This document shows, piece after piece, positions 14,945 to 27,770 of a stretch of 64,000 nucleotides of DNA (positions are counted from its first letter, which is position 1; every line of letters starts with the position of its first letter). Both the position numbers and the translations under genes were made by a program. The notes beneath the pieces are model-generated. The model saw nothing but the letters and a program-made list of their open reading frames with translations, did not search any database and was not told the origin of the DNA. This DNA is from the human T2T-CHM13v2.0 reference genome, Homo sapiens, in NCBI RefSeq assembly GCF_009914755.1, contig NC_060947.1. One strand, written 5' to 3'.

Positions 14945-15478
14945 TATGAACCCCAAATATCTGAGATCTCAGTCAATTTAGGAAGTTTATTTTGCCAAAG
15001 TTAAGGATGTGCACCTATGACACAGCCTCAGGAGGTCCTGATGACATGTGCCCAAGGTGGTTGCGGAACAGCTTGGTTTTATACATTTTAGAGAAACATG
15101 AGACTTTAATCAATATATGTAAGATGTACATTGGTTCAGTCCTAAAAGGTTGGATGACTCAAAGCAGGGAGGGGGCTTCAAGGTCATAGGTAGATAAAAG
15201 ACAAATGGTTGCATTCTGTTGACTTTTTGATTAGCCTTTCCAAAGGAGGCAATCAGATATACATTTATCTCAGTGAGCAGAGGGGTGACTTCGACTTCTG
15301 TCTGTCCTTTGTCCAGAAGGAAATCCCTTGTGAGGGACGTATTTAGCTTTTTTTTATCTTAGTAGCTATCTTTTTCAGGAATAGAGTGGGAGGCAGGTTT
15401 GCCCCAAGCAGTTCCCAGCTTGACTTTTCCCTTTGGCTTAGTGATTTTTGGGGTCCCAAGATTTATGTTCCTTTCATA
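14945..15478 (-). mobile_element. ERV1 solo LTR, MER4A-like
   Basis: 'aaatatctgaga..ctcagtcaatttaggaagtttattttgccaa' to 'cccaagatttatgttcctttca'; TSD ccag/ccaa. Confidence 0.85.
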
Positions 15479-17809
15479 CCAAGATGTAGATATCACTGGT
15501 GGCCATTCTGGGGGTGACCATCACAGATTCCTTCTCATCTTGAGGAGGAGGTAAAACTGTTTCTCTGAATTCCCATCATCAAGGTGGAAAGAGACAGTAA
15601 AGTCAACTATTGCAAAATCTCTGCCATAATCTGGAATTGGCTACTATTATTGGAAGCATGGTTAACATCTCTGTAAGCTGATAATGCATGTGATATTCAA
15701 AATGCATGATGTTTAAGGGATTAGTTGTGGTATTACATCTAAATATAAAATAGGAAACTACTTTATTAGCTTCCCTGATTACAAAGGCATGGTTACCTTG
15801 GTGGAGGACAGAATGGGCATGTGAAAGGGAAAAGGTCCAGTTAGTATGTATGTATGCATGTGTCCACATGCACACATATGTGTGAGTACTTCCATGATAA
15901 ACATTTGACAGATATCTCATGGGATATTTGGCTGAGAACTAACATTTGAACTAAGATCTTCTCTCCCCCAGACCCACTGATATAAAACACAGCTGCTATG
16001 CTCTTTTATGGTTCTTGTATTAACATCCAGTTTAATGTGATGTAGCCTAAAATGTCCATGAGATACCAGATAACAATTTAGGCAATTTAGACAGCTCCTA
16101 TGCCCTAGTTCATGCTTTATTCTTGCTTAAAATTCTGTATCCACTCCCAAATCAAGGGTCTCTTTTCTCTCTGTTGAAATCTTATTCATATGTCACCTTC
16201 ACTATGATTTTTCTAGTTTTCCTAAAATCAAAACAAATTACCACTGCTTTTCAGTACTTATTCACACATCTATTATATATATTGGACTCCAATAGATGGA
16301 GCATTCATTGAGGGAGCGGAGGCAGCACATCTTGATTCTATAAATGACCCTGTGCATCCAGCAGAATCCTTGAACACAGCAAGTTCTTACACACACACAA
16401 AAAAGGCTGATCCTGAGAGCTTGTTCATTAACAAAGCTCCCTGTAGGGAAGAGAATGCAAGGTGGTGAAAATACTCAAGATATATGGTTGATTAGAATAT
16501 ATAACTTTCACATATAGTAACCAAATATTCAGTGACATTATAATACTCATGTCAAGTGACACTATCCGTATTTGTTTCACATTTGTCAATATCAGAACAT
16601 TATTTTCCAATAAAAAAACTATTAGATACAGTACTCATCACACTTAAAATAAAGAGGAAAACTCAAGATTTACATTAGGTGTTTAATATACCCAAGAACT
16701 GCCAACTCACTAAAAATCTTTTAAATTTTATAAGAATTAAAAAGTAGTTGTCCTATAGCAAGTAATAAAAAGGAGTCATGTTCTGAATCTTTTGTCATAA
16801 CAGGAGAATTATCTGGAACAAACAGATTCCAAATTCAATAGAAGTCCACAGATTTACTCTACATTTCTTGGGGGTAAACATACTATTTTTCTCTTCCATG
16901 TAATTTCCCCTCTGTTAGGTTACCTATCAGCAGCAGAAATCCTGAACTTCTGTAAGTAGTAGAGCAACAACACAAGAAAGAAGGATTTTTAGTACTTGAG
17001 ATAACAAATCCTGGCAATGTTTACCTATTCGCATTATCTAGAGGATTGTTATTTACAGTTCCTTCTGTTTTGCAAAAGAAGAAGGAAAAATTAGCTGTCC
17101 CCCTCCCAGGACCTTGAAAGCAATGGACTTGTGTTTTCACAACAGTCAGGGACTTCACAGTAGTAAGAAGGACTTTCTTAAGTTGCCAGATGGCCTCCCA
17201 AGCAGCCATAGGTTTCCAAATGTGTGTACTATGGATTTAGTCTAAATCGGAAAAGTCCCAGCATGAGTGGGACTTTTTCTGAAATAGAGCATTTCTTTCT
17301 GCACTCTACGGAAAGGAATCAAAACGGCTGAGAAACAAGACAGGGAACTGGGGACTACACTAATAAATTGGGTCTAAGATTGAGCCAGTGAATGCTAGGC
17401 ACTGAACCATATGTTTAGCAAAGAAGATATAGGTGTTGCATCTATTTGAAGGAGAATACAACAGATGAGAATTGTAGAAATAAAACAAATTCTTTGGAAA
17501 TTGTTCCCTAAAAAAATGCATACAGGAGCTACAAATCAGCCTGGTGTAAGATGAATGAAACTAAAGTCCTAAGAGAAGACTGGATTCAAAACAGGAAATA
17601 TCACTAAGGCGTGACTTTAAAAACATTCTCTCCTATATAATTCATAATCTCTTGAACATTGAAAAGAGCCAACTCTAAACTAGTGATAGCCTCTAGAGCA
17701 ATTAAAATTCTTGAATAACTTAAATCCAGAAATTGTGAGCTGATGGAAATCAAAACCAACTACAAGAATACATTAAAAAATCTAATTAGAGAATGTTGCT
17801 GAATTATGT

Positions 17810-18540
17810 TATTGGGGCTCAGAAAATGATACTCCAAAAGCTCAGCCCTTTGGCATGCTAAACACTTTGAACTAAAATAGGAAAGCCTCAGAAATAAACC
17901 TCGTAACTAAGGTCTCCCTCTGTCTTTCTCTCACCTCCCTGTCTCTCTGATCCTTTCTTTTCCCAAGCACAGGAAGAAACTGTCTGTGGAACCTCCTTTT
18001 CTGACAAAGAAAACTTTTCCAAAAGATATTCAATTGTCATAAGACCCCCTCTCTAGGACTCTAGGAATCTTATCAAATAACTACTGGAGAATAGAACAGA
18101 CTAAAAATCATCACCATGCCCAGACAGACTTTTCTTCTGTTCTTCTGAGGGCCGCTCTGAAAGACTGCCTGGGAGACTATCTGCATAAGACAACCTTTTC
18201 GTTCCCAGTGAAGTTCCATCCCTCGCCTTCTTGCTACCTCCCTGAGGGCTTGAGAACTTCCTCCCAGGCCACTGCTCTTTGGGTTCATCCATTTTCCCTA
18301 AAAATCATTTACTATCCCTCCAAAATTACCAACAGTGCCCCCCAACTTTTCTCTCCCTATGAAGAAGATATTTAAGCCTCAACCATATGGCCCATCTTTG
18401 AGTTTCATGTTTGCAGGACTCCCATTTCCATATGCACCTTAATATATTTGTATGCCTTTTTCTCCCATTAATCTGTCTACTGTCAGTCATTTCAACAAAC
18501 CTTCAGTGGGTAGGGAGAAAGTTTTATCTCAGCTTCTACA
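17810..18540 (+). mobile_element. ERV1 MER4-group LTR (MER67/MER31-like)
   Basis: Starts tattggggctcagaaaatgatactccaaaa; ends ..ttctaca. Confidence 0.7.
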
Positions 18541-20395
18541 ATATTATGTAAAGAATATTACAAGGATACAAGGAAGTAAGTTGAAATGAAAGGTTTTCAG
18601 TGTTATCTCTCCTAAATTAAAGGTTCTACTCCTCTAACCCACCACCTTATAAGACATAATAAAGCTCCAAGAACTCAACACCTTGATTCAAATAATATGT
18701 AGAAAGTATCTAATGTTTTTACTGGAAGGTAAATATGACCATGTGGACACATTGAAAAATCCCAGTTACAAAACTTCAGCCTCCGTAATACCAGCTTGTC
18801 CTTAACGTGCTCCTCTGGCCTATGACCCAGCCTCTCATTTCCTCATCTTTCATCCACCAATACTACTTTTCCCTCTACTTTCATCCCTATTTCATCTCTT
18901 TATCCTCAGATCCACTCACTTTTTGCAGAATTCCCTACCATTTCCTCTTCCTTTGCCTTCTTGGATCAAATTCCAATGCATCCTTTTATTTTTCTACAAT
19001 ACCATTTAACTAAAAATCACAGCCCTCAAGGAAATATCTTCTTGATAAGCTACTCCATCTTTCACAGCAAAGAGATATAGATAAAAAAACTGTTTGATGC
19101 TATTTTCTTCCACCCTTGCTTGAAAACTCTTTCTCTTTTGAAACACATCTTGTTTCATACCATCTTTCTCCCATCTGTATTGCTGTTGTTTCAGCACTTC
19201 CAGATCTTTGTCACTGAGTAGTTTATTGCTAAAATCACCTAAGAGGATTACCCAAATGGACACTTAACAACTTAGTCTTATGGTCTTTTTAACCCTATAA
19301 TTCCAACATCCCTCATAGTCACTTCATTTGAACCCCATTCTTTTCAAGCCTTGACTCTCATCCCCACCTTCAGCATATAACCTCAAATTCTCCTTAAATT
19401 GGAAAAAAGAATCAGGCCATTTTTTCCTTTCCCTCTCTCTCAAAAGATACCACACTCCACAGCTTCCTTTCGTAGGCTTTCCCATTTATATGTGTTCTTA
19501 ATGCCATGTCTTAGATACCCTTGTCATAGATACCCTTGTTCTCACTTTCACTGATCCCTAAAATTTTTCTACCACCAATCTCATGTATATTCGAAACTTC
19601 TCTAAAAACATTCCCTGGGGTTTGCTAGCTCACTAAGTTTCTGACCTTTTTCTCTTTTCTTTCATTGCTAAATTCCTTAAGGAGGAGTCTCTTCTACTTT
19701 CTTAATGACTTTTTTTTTTTTACCTCATAATCTAAGTATTATTCTTATCCCCTTTCTAAATCTACTCACTCAATTTTCATAATTATCTTCCTAGAGATGA
19801 GGTCATGTGGTTCTTTCTGGCTCTTGCTTCTCCTTAAACTCTGCAGAATTTGATTAAGTTGGCTACATTCTTCTTGTATCTTTCTCTGTGAAACTGTAAG
19901 TCTTCAATTACCTTCCTATTATAATGACAATTTCTTATTCTCTTGTACTACTTTACTTTCCTTATTTGTATTGCCTTTCTAAAGTTCTCATTCCCTTGGT
20001 ATTCCAAGCTTTCAAAAATTTTATACTACTTGCTCCTGAATCCTAAAATCAGAGTGAAAGGTTACTATTAGATAATGTCTCCTAAATATTCTTCCAGCAG
20101 CTAAGGTACAAAATAATTAGAACAGAACTCATGAAGGGAGTTTCTCTTTCTAGCTATGAAGGATTAGCTGATGTCAACAAAATCTCCAAATGAGAACAAG
20201 TACAAAAAGTATTTCAATACAAAAACAATCATTTGAAGGAATTCAAGAACGAGAAGTTGAAGGATCATTATGCCAGAGAGAAGGGAAATATATTGTGATG
20301 TGGCTGCCATCACACATCATCCTCCTTTGATGTTTTGCAAAAACAAATGAAGCATGGTTGTCAGGATTCAAAAACAAAGCAACTGCTAAGAGGAG

Positions 20396-22660
20396 TGTAT
20401 TAGTCCATTTTTATGCAGCTGATAAAGACATACCCAAGACTGGACAATTTACAAAATAAAGAGGTTTAATGGTCTTACAGTTCCATGTGTCTGGGAAGGC
20501 CTCACAATCATGGCAGAAGGTGAAAGCCATGTCTCACACAGTGGCAGACAAGAGAAGAGCGCTTATGCAGGGAAACTCCCCTTTTTAAAACCATCAGATC
20601 TCATGAGACTTATTCACTATCATGATAACAGCACAGCAAAGACCTGCCCCCATGATTCAACTACCTCCCACCAGGTCCCTCCCACAACATGTGGGAATTC
20701 AAGATGAGATTTGGGTGAGGACACAGCCAAACCATATCATTCTGCCCCTGCCCCCTCCCAAATCTCATGTCCTCACATTTAAAACACAATCTTGCCTTCC
20801 CAACAGTCCCCCAAAGTCTTGACTCATTTTAGCATTAACTCAAAAGTCCATAGTCTGAAGTCTCATCTGAGACAAGGCAAGTCCCTTCTGCCTATGAGCC
20901 TGTAAAATCAAAAGCAAGTTAGTTACTTCCTAGATATAATGGGAGAATAGGCATTGAGTAAATACAGCCATTCCAAATGGGAGAAATTGGCCTAAACAAA
21001 GGGGCTACAGGCCCCATGCAAGTCCAAAATTCAGCAGGACAGCCAAATCTTAAAACTCCAAAATGATCTCTTTTTACTCCATGTCTCATACCCAGGTCAT
21101 GCTGATGCAAGAGGTGAGCTCCCATGGCCTGGGGCAGCTCCACCCCTGTGGCTTTGCAGGGTGTAGCCCTCCTCCTGGCTGCTTTCATGGGCTGGCGTTG
21201 AGTGTCCATGGCTTTTCCAGGTGCAAGGTGCAAGCTGTCAGTGGATCTACCATTCTGGGGTCTGGAGGACGGTGGCTCTCTTCTTACAGATCCACTAGGC
21301 AGTGCCCCAGTAGGGACTGTGTGGGGGCTCTGACCCCACATGTCCCTTCTGCACTGCCCTAACAGAGGTTCTCCATGAGGGCCCCGCCCTTGCAGCAAAC
21401 TTCTTTCTGGGCATCCAGGCATTTCCATACATTCTCTGAAATCTAGGCAGAGGTTCCCAAATCTCAATTCTTGACTTCTGTGTCCCCGCAGGCTCAACAC
21501 CACATGGAAGCTGCCGATGCTTGGGGCTTCCACCCTCTGAAGCAACAGCCTGAGCTGTACCTTGGCCCCTTTTAGTCAAGGCTGGAGCAGCTGGGATGAA
21601 GGTACGAAGTCCTTAGACTGCACACAGCATAGGGACCCTGGGCCCAGCCCACAAAACCATTTTTTCCTCCTAAACCTCTGGGCCAGTGATGGGAGGGGCT
21701 GCTGCGAAGATTTCTGACATGTCCTGGAGATATTTTTCCCATTGTCTTGGGTGATTAACATTCAGCTCCTCATTACTTATGCAAATTTCTGCAGCCAGCT
21801 TGAATTTCTCCTCAGAAAATAGGATTTTCATTTCTATCACATTGTTGGGCTGCAAATTTTCCAAACTTTTAGGTTCTGTTTCCTTTTTAAAACTAAATGC
21901 CTTAACAGCACCCAAGTCACCTCTTGAATGCCTTGCTGCTTAGAAACTTCTTCTGCCAGATACCCTAAATCATCTCTCTCAAGTTCAAAGTTCCACAAAT
22001 CACTAGGGCAAGGGCAAAATGCTGCCAGCCTCTTTGCTAAAACATAACAAGAGAGTTACCTTTGCTCCAGTTCCCAATAAGTTCCTCATCTCCATCTGAG
22101 ACCACCTCAGCCTAGATTTCATTGTCCAAACCATTATGAGCATTTTGGTCAAAGCCATTCAACAAGTCTCTAGGGAGTTCCAAACTTTCCCACATTTTCC
22201 TGGCTTCTCCTGAGCCTTCCAAACTGTTTCAGCCTCTGCCTGTTACTCAGTTCCAAAGTCACTTCCACATTTTTGGATATCTTTTCAGCAGCACCCCACT
22301 CTACTGTTACCAAGTTACTGTATTAGCCTGTTTTCATGCTGCTGATAAAGACATACCTGAAACTGGGCAATTTACAAAAGAAAGAAGTTTAATGGACTTA
22401 CAGTTCCATGTGGTTGGGAAGGCCTCACAATCATGGCAGAAGGCAAAAGGCTCATCTCACATGGTGGCAGACAAGAGAAGAGAGTTTGTGCAGGGGAACT
22501 GCCCTTTTTAAAATGATCGAATCTCACGAGACTTATTCCCTATGTGCTATTCTCGAGAAAAGCACAAGAAAGACCTGCCCTCATGATTCAAGTGCCTCTA
22601 CCAGGCCTCTCAGACAAATTCAGGATGAGATTTGGGTGGGGACACAGCCAAATCATATCA
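20396..22660 (-). mobile_element. Complete THE1 (THE1C-like) MaLR element: LTR-internal-LTR
   Basis: LTRs at 20396-20739 and 22319-22660 (tgtattag..catatca); about 1.58 kb THE1-int between them; TSD aggag/aggat. Confidence 0.93.
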
Positions 22661-24776
22661 AGGATGAAATCCAGAAGTCAAGACCACCATAGAAAAGGTG
22701 TTCTAGGTAAATGTGCCAGATTTTAGTTAATGTTCCAGAATGACTATACCTTAATAATAACAGTAAAGTGGAAATAGAGGAGTTTCAACTAGAACAAGGC
22801 AATCTTCCTAGCTTCATCTTTTATCAGAAGAAAATTAATTTTTCTCTGGAGGGAAATAATATTATCCTGAGCCTCTACAAATTTTCATACACAATGCTCC
22901 ATATTCAACCAAACATTAAAAGTCAGGGCAAGAAACAGAACCAAATGACCAAAAAGCAAGAAAAATAAAGACAATTAGCACCAGAAATGACTCAGAAATT
23001 GAAGTTACAATACATGGACATTAAAACTTTATAAATATGATTAAATCATTCAAGAAAATAGATGAAAAACAGAAATTTCTCCCCAGAGAGCTGAAATTTA
23101 TTTTAAGAGAATCAGATAAAAATTCCACAATGGAAAGTATAACATGAAATTAAAAGCTATCTAAATGTAATCAACAGCAAATTAGCACAACAGAAGAATG
23201 GAGTAGTAAACTGCAAGGTGGTTGGTGGACAACATGCACATTGAAATACAGAGAGACAATGTTAGAAATGAGAAACGCATATAAGAGATAGACGGAATGT
23301 GGGAAATGGCCTATCATATGTATAATTTGTGTTTCTAGATGACTGGAAAGAGAGAATTAGGTAGAAGAAATATTTGAAGAGATGCAAGTTAGTAAGTTTC
23401 TCAAACTTCATTATCATAAAGTTCTATGAACCCAAACTGTAATTACAAAGAAAATCACACATAGGCATAAAATCATTAAAATGAAGACAACAAAAGACAA
23501 AAAGAAAAAAATTTTAAGCATACAGAGAAAAAATTACATTTTCCTCCAAATGAACTGTCAGCCAGATTCTCAAGAGATACAATGGAACCCAGAAAATAGT
23601 AAAATGATATATTTGAAATGCTAATATAAAACTGCCAACTTTGAATTTTATACTCAGTGAAAATACCCTTCAAAAATAGAGAATATAAAGATATTTTCAG
23701 GAAAACAAAAAGAACTTGATTGAATTCTTTAAAGAAATACTATGGGAAGAAAGAAGCAGAAAGAAGGAAAAGTTATCTGAGTTGTAATCATGTTAATGCA
23801 AGAAGGTATAAAGAGCCACCAGATAGGATAAATATGTGCATGAATTGTTCAAAACAATAGACTGTCTATGGGGTTTAAAATATATGGATAATTAAAATGC
23901 ATAACCACAATAGGCCAAAGGAAAAATGGGGATATGTGGAATTTTTTAAATTGTAAGATTCTTGGATTGCTCAGAAAGTGGTAAAAAATCTAACTTAGGT
24001 TATACTTAGATAAGTCAATGATGAGTTTGTAATCTCTAGGGTAAAAATTAAAAGAGTAATAAAATAATACAAAATTAATTGTTGAAATGAAATATTTAAA
24101 AATACTTGATTAAGTAAAAAATAAAAAAGGTGGAAAGGTCAAGATCAAGGAATAAAAAGGGGAAGAGGAAAAGTAGTAAATAATACGTAAAAATGTAAAT
24201 ATATCACTAGTTAAGTTAAACAAAATTAAACCAAATGCTCAAAGTGAAATACTAGGGTTGTCAAACTAAATTAAAAAGCGCATACAGACAGAAAAAGTCT
24301 TTGCTGCTTATAAAAGACATGCCTAAAATATAAGTGGATCAAAAGTTTTAAAGAAAACGGATGACAGAATTTATACTGAAAATATTACTAGAGATAAACA
24401 GGAATAGGAACAGTGCAAATATGGAATGGTCAATTCAATAACATATAACAATCCCAAATAGGAATATATCTAATAACATAGCCTCAAAATATTGAAACAA
24501 ACACTGAGAGACCAACAAGGAACTATAGACAATCCAAAAACAATAATTGGAGGTTTCAGCACACCTCTCTCAGTGGATGGAGCCAGCAAATTCAAATAAG
24601 AAATGATACTGTAGTTTTGGCCAATACAGCTTAAAAGCTTAACTTAATTGACATACATAGGTACAGGGTATCTACAAAAAAACCCCCACAGCTAACATCA
24701 TACTTAATGGTGAAGGGATGGAAGCTTTCCTCTTAAGATCAAAAACAAGACAAGAATGTCCCTTCTCACCATTTCT

Positions 24777-25101
24777 TTTTCTTTTTTTTTTCTTTTTTTC
24801 TTTTTTTTTTTTTTTTTTTTGAGATGGTTTTGCTCTTGTTGCCCAGGCTGGAGTGCAATGACATGATCTCGGCTCACCACAATCTCTCTGCCTCCCAGGT
24901 TCAAGCGATTCTCCTGCCTCAGCCTCCAGAGTAGCTGGGATTACAGGCATGCACCACCATGCCCAGCAAATTTCGTAATTTTAGTAGAGACAGGGGTTTC
25001 TCCATGTTGGTCAGGCTGGTTTCGAACTCCTGACCTCAGGTGATCCACCCACCTCGGCCTCCCAAAGTGCTGGGATTACAGGCGTGAGCCACCAGGCCAG
25101 G
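24777..25101 (-). mobile_element. Alu (AluSp/Sq-like)
   Basis: Long T tail, 'gctcttgttgcccagg', 'ctccatgttggtcagg'; TSD ctcaccatttct at 24765-24776 and 25102-25113. Confidence 0.96.
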
Positions 25102-25940
25102 CTCACCATTTCTATTCAAAATTGTGACATTCTAGCAAGAACAATTATCCAAGCAAAATAAATAAAATGTATCCAGATTGGAAAAGAAAGTTAACTATTT
25201 CTATTCACATATGACATGACCTTGTATGTGGAATACCTTAAGGAATCTACAAAAAAATATTAGAGCCAGTAAATAAGTTCAGCTAGGTTGCAGGATACAA
25301 TATCCATATATAAAAATCAATTGTATTTATATATACCAGCAATGAACAATCAAAAAATGAAACAAAAATTCCATTTAAATAGTATTAAAAAAAGTAAAAT
25401 AGTAATAAATTTAACAAAAGAAGTATGAGTCTTATACCCTGAAAACTACAAAACATAATTGAAAGAAATTTAAAAGACCTAAAAAATGGAAAAACCCTAT
25501 GTTCATGGATTAGAAGACTTAATATTACTTTTATTTTTTATATTGTCTCTGATTATAAGGTTCTAAGAATAAAAATATTTCAAAAAATACTAGTACACAA
25601 TTGTTTAAAATCACAAAAAAGATGAAATACTGTTATACATTTTAAGAATGAAAATGTAGAATTTTATTAGAAATGCAGCTCTTAAAGATAAACTCTAGAA
25701 AAATTTTAAAAATTAAAAAAATTAAAAACATAGTATTGTTTAAATGACAATATTCCCAAAATTGATCTACTTATTTAATGCATTTCCTATCAAAATCCCA
25801 ATGGCCTTTTTTGCAGTAATTGATAAGCTGATCTTAGAATGCATATGGAAATGCAAGAGACCACAGGTAACAAAAACAATCTTGAAAGGAGCAAAGTTGG
25901 AAGACAGATTTTAAAACTTACCTCAAAGCTAGTGTAGAAA

Positions 25941-26868
25941 GAGAGACAGAGCAAGATGGCAGAATAGAAAGCTCCACCAATCATCTCCCTCCCCTACACC
26001 ACCCCCACCAAGGACACCAAGTTAACAACTATCTACACAGAAAAAAACACCTCCATAGGAACCAAAAATCAGGTGAGCACTTACAGTACCTGGTTTTAAC
26101 TTCATGTCGCTGAAGGAGGCACTGAAGAGATAGCAAAACCAATCCTGAATCCCCAGTGACACCCCTCCCTCATACCCAGCAGCGGCCGTGTGCTGCAGAC
26201 CATGTGTCTCTGGGTGCTGGGGAGGGAGAGCACAGCAATTGTGAGGCATTGAATTGAGTGCTATCCTGTTAGAGCACAAAGGAAAACCAGACCAAACTCG
26301 ACTGACACCTGATCACAGAGGAAGCATTTAATCCAACCCTAGTCAGAGGGGAATCTTTTGCCACTGAGGGCCAAAGTGCTCTAAGTCAGTTGTGAGGCCC
26401 CTGTTCCTGGCCCTAGCTTTCAGAGGATATTTCTAGACACACCCTGAGCCAGAAGAGAACCCACTGCCTTGAAGGAATGATCCAGTCCTGGCAGTATTCA
26501 TCACCTGCTAACTGAAGAGCCCTTGAGCCCTGAATAAAGAGCAGCAATACCCAGGTACTACATCATGGGCCTCGGTGAGCCTCTGAGAATTACTAGCTTC
26601 AGGTGAGACTCAGCACATTACCAGCTGTGGTGGCTACAGGGCAAAATTCCTTCTGCTTGAGAAAAGCAGAGGGAAAAGTAAAAGGAACTTTGTCTTGCAC
26701 CTTAGGTACCAACACTGCCACAGGGGAGTAGAGCACCAAGCGAGCTCTTGGGGTTCCCAATTCTAGGGCTTGACCCTTGGATGCCATTTCTGGGTCTGCC
26801 CTGGGCCAGAGGAGAACCCACTGGCCTGAACAGTGAGTCCCACGCCAGGCAGCATTTACCAGAAGCTG
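25941..26868 (+). mobile_element. Isolated L1 5' UTR (L1M1/L1MA-like)
   Basis: Starts gagagacagagcaagatggcagaatagaaagctccacc; GC-richer UTR; no ORF1 follows. Confidence 0.75.
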
Positions 26869-27257
26869 TAAAGGTTTTAGCTCACCTTCAAAACACTACT
26901 AATTTCTTTATGCCGTCCAGGACGTGGTTAGAGCACCTTGTAAGAGCTCAATAAATATTGAGTTGAATATATCTTGAACAATAAGCCACAGGACCCTATT
27001 CCCTCCTCTTGGAAAAAAAAACTCCTTTATAGCATTTGTGGATCTGCAAAACTCCCTTGAGTTTAAAGGCTCAAGTTATATTTGACAGCTTTGGTAAGGC
27101 AGGTGAAGGAGAATAAGCTTATGTTATCAGAGACAGTGACGTATTTATCATGTTTCATAGTATATGGATCAACTCAGAATCAGAGCCAGATGGCATGAAG
27201 TTTTCCATATGGATGAGGACCGGTATAAGAAACTAGCAAACTTATAAAGTTAAAAAT

Positions 27258-27770
27258 TGTTGGGAGCAAGCCCCCCAAAATCTGGCCATAAACTGGCCCC
27301 AAGACTGGCCATAAACAGAATCTCTGCAGCACTGCCACATGCTCATAATGGCCCTAACGCCCACGCTGGAAGGTTGTGGGTTTACGGGAATGAGGACAAG
27401 GAATACCTGGCCCACCCAGGGCACAAAACCACTTAAAGGCATTCTTAAGCCACAAACAATAGCATGAGCGATTTATGCCTTAAAGATATGTTCCTGCTGC
27501 AGTTAACTAGCCCAACCTATTTCTTTAATTTGGCCCATCCCTTCGTTTCCCATAAGGGACACTTTTAGTTAATTTAATAGCTATAGAAACAATGCTAATG
27601 ACTGGTTTGCTGTTAATAAATATGTGGGTAAATCTCTGTTCGGGGCTCTCAGCTCTGAAGGCTGCGAGATCCCTGATTTCCCACTTCACACCTCTATATT
27701 TCTATGTGTGTGTCTTTAATTCCTCTAGTGCTGCTGGGTTAGGGTCCCCCCGACTGAGCTGGTCTTGGCA
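27258..27770 (+). mobile_element. MER9 solo LTR (HERV-K HML-3)
   Basis: tgttgggagcaagccccccaaaatctggccataaactggcccc...ggtcttggca; AATAAA at about 27615; perfect 6-bp TSD aaaaat at 27252-27257 and 27771-27776. Confidence 0.92.

Larger units (their letters stand above)
13408..15525 (-). mobile_element. MLT1-family MaLR LTR hosting three nested LTRs
   Basis: Pieces at 13408-13653, 14727-14944 and 15479-15525 join into one MLT1-like LTR (tattagtcatctattgct..acaaattactccaaaa..). Confidence 0.75.
20135..25935 (+). mobile_element. Ancient L1M (5' region, ORF1 and ORF2 fragments) interrupted by THE1 and Alu
   Basis: A-rich + strand with L1 ORF1/ORF2 motifs (ccaactttgaattttatactcagtgaaaatacccttc; cagctaacatcatacttaatggtgaa; aaatcccaatggccttttttgcag). 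Confidence 0.75.

Noticed and set aside
20919-21545. Longest ORF in the track (208 aa)
   Set aside because: Lies wholly in the THE1 internal region; such GC-rich MaLR frames are common, with no evidence of a host gene.
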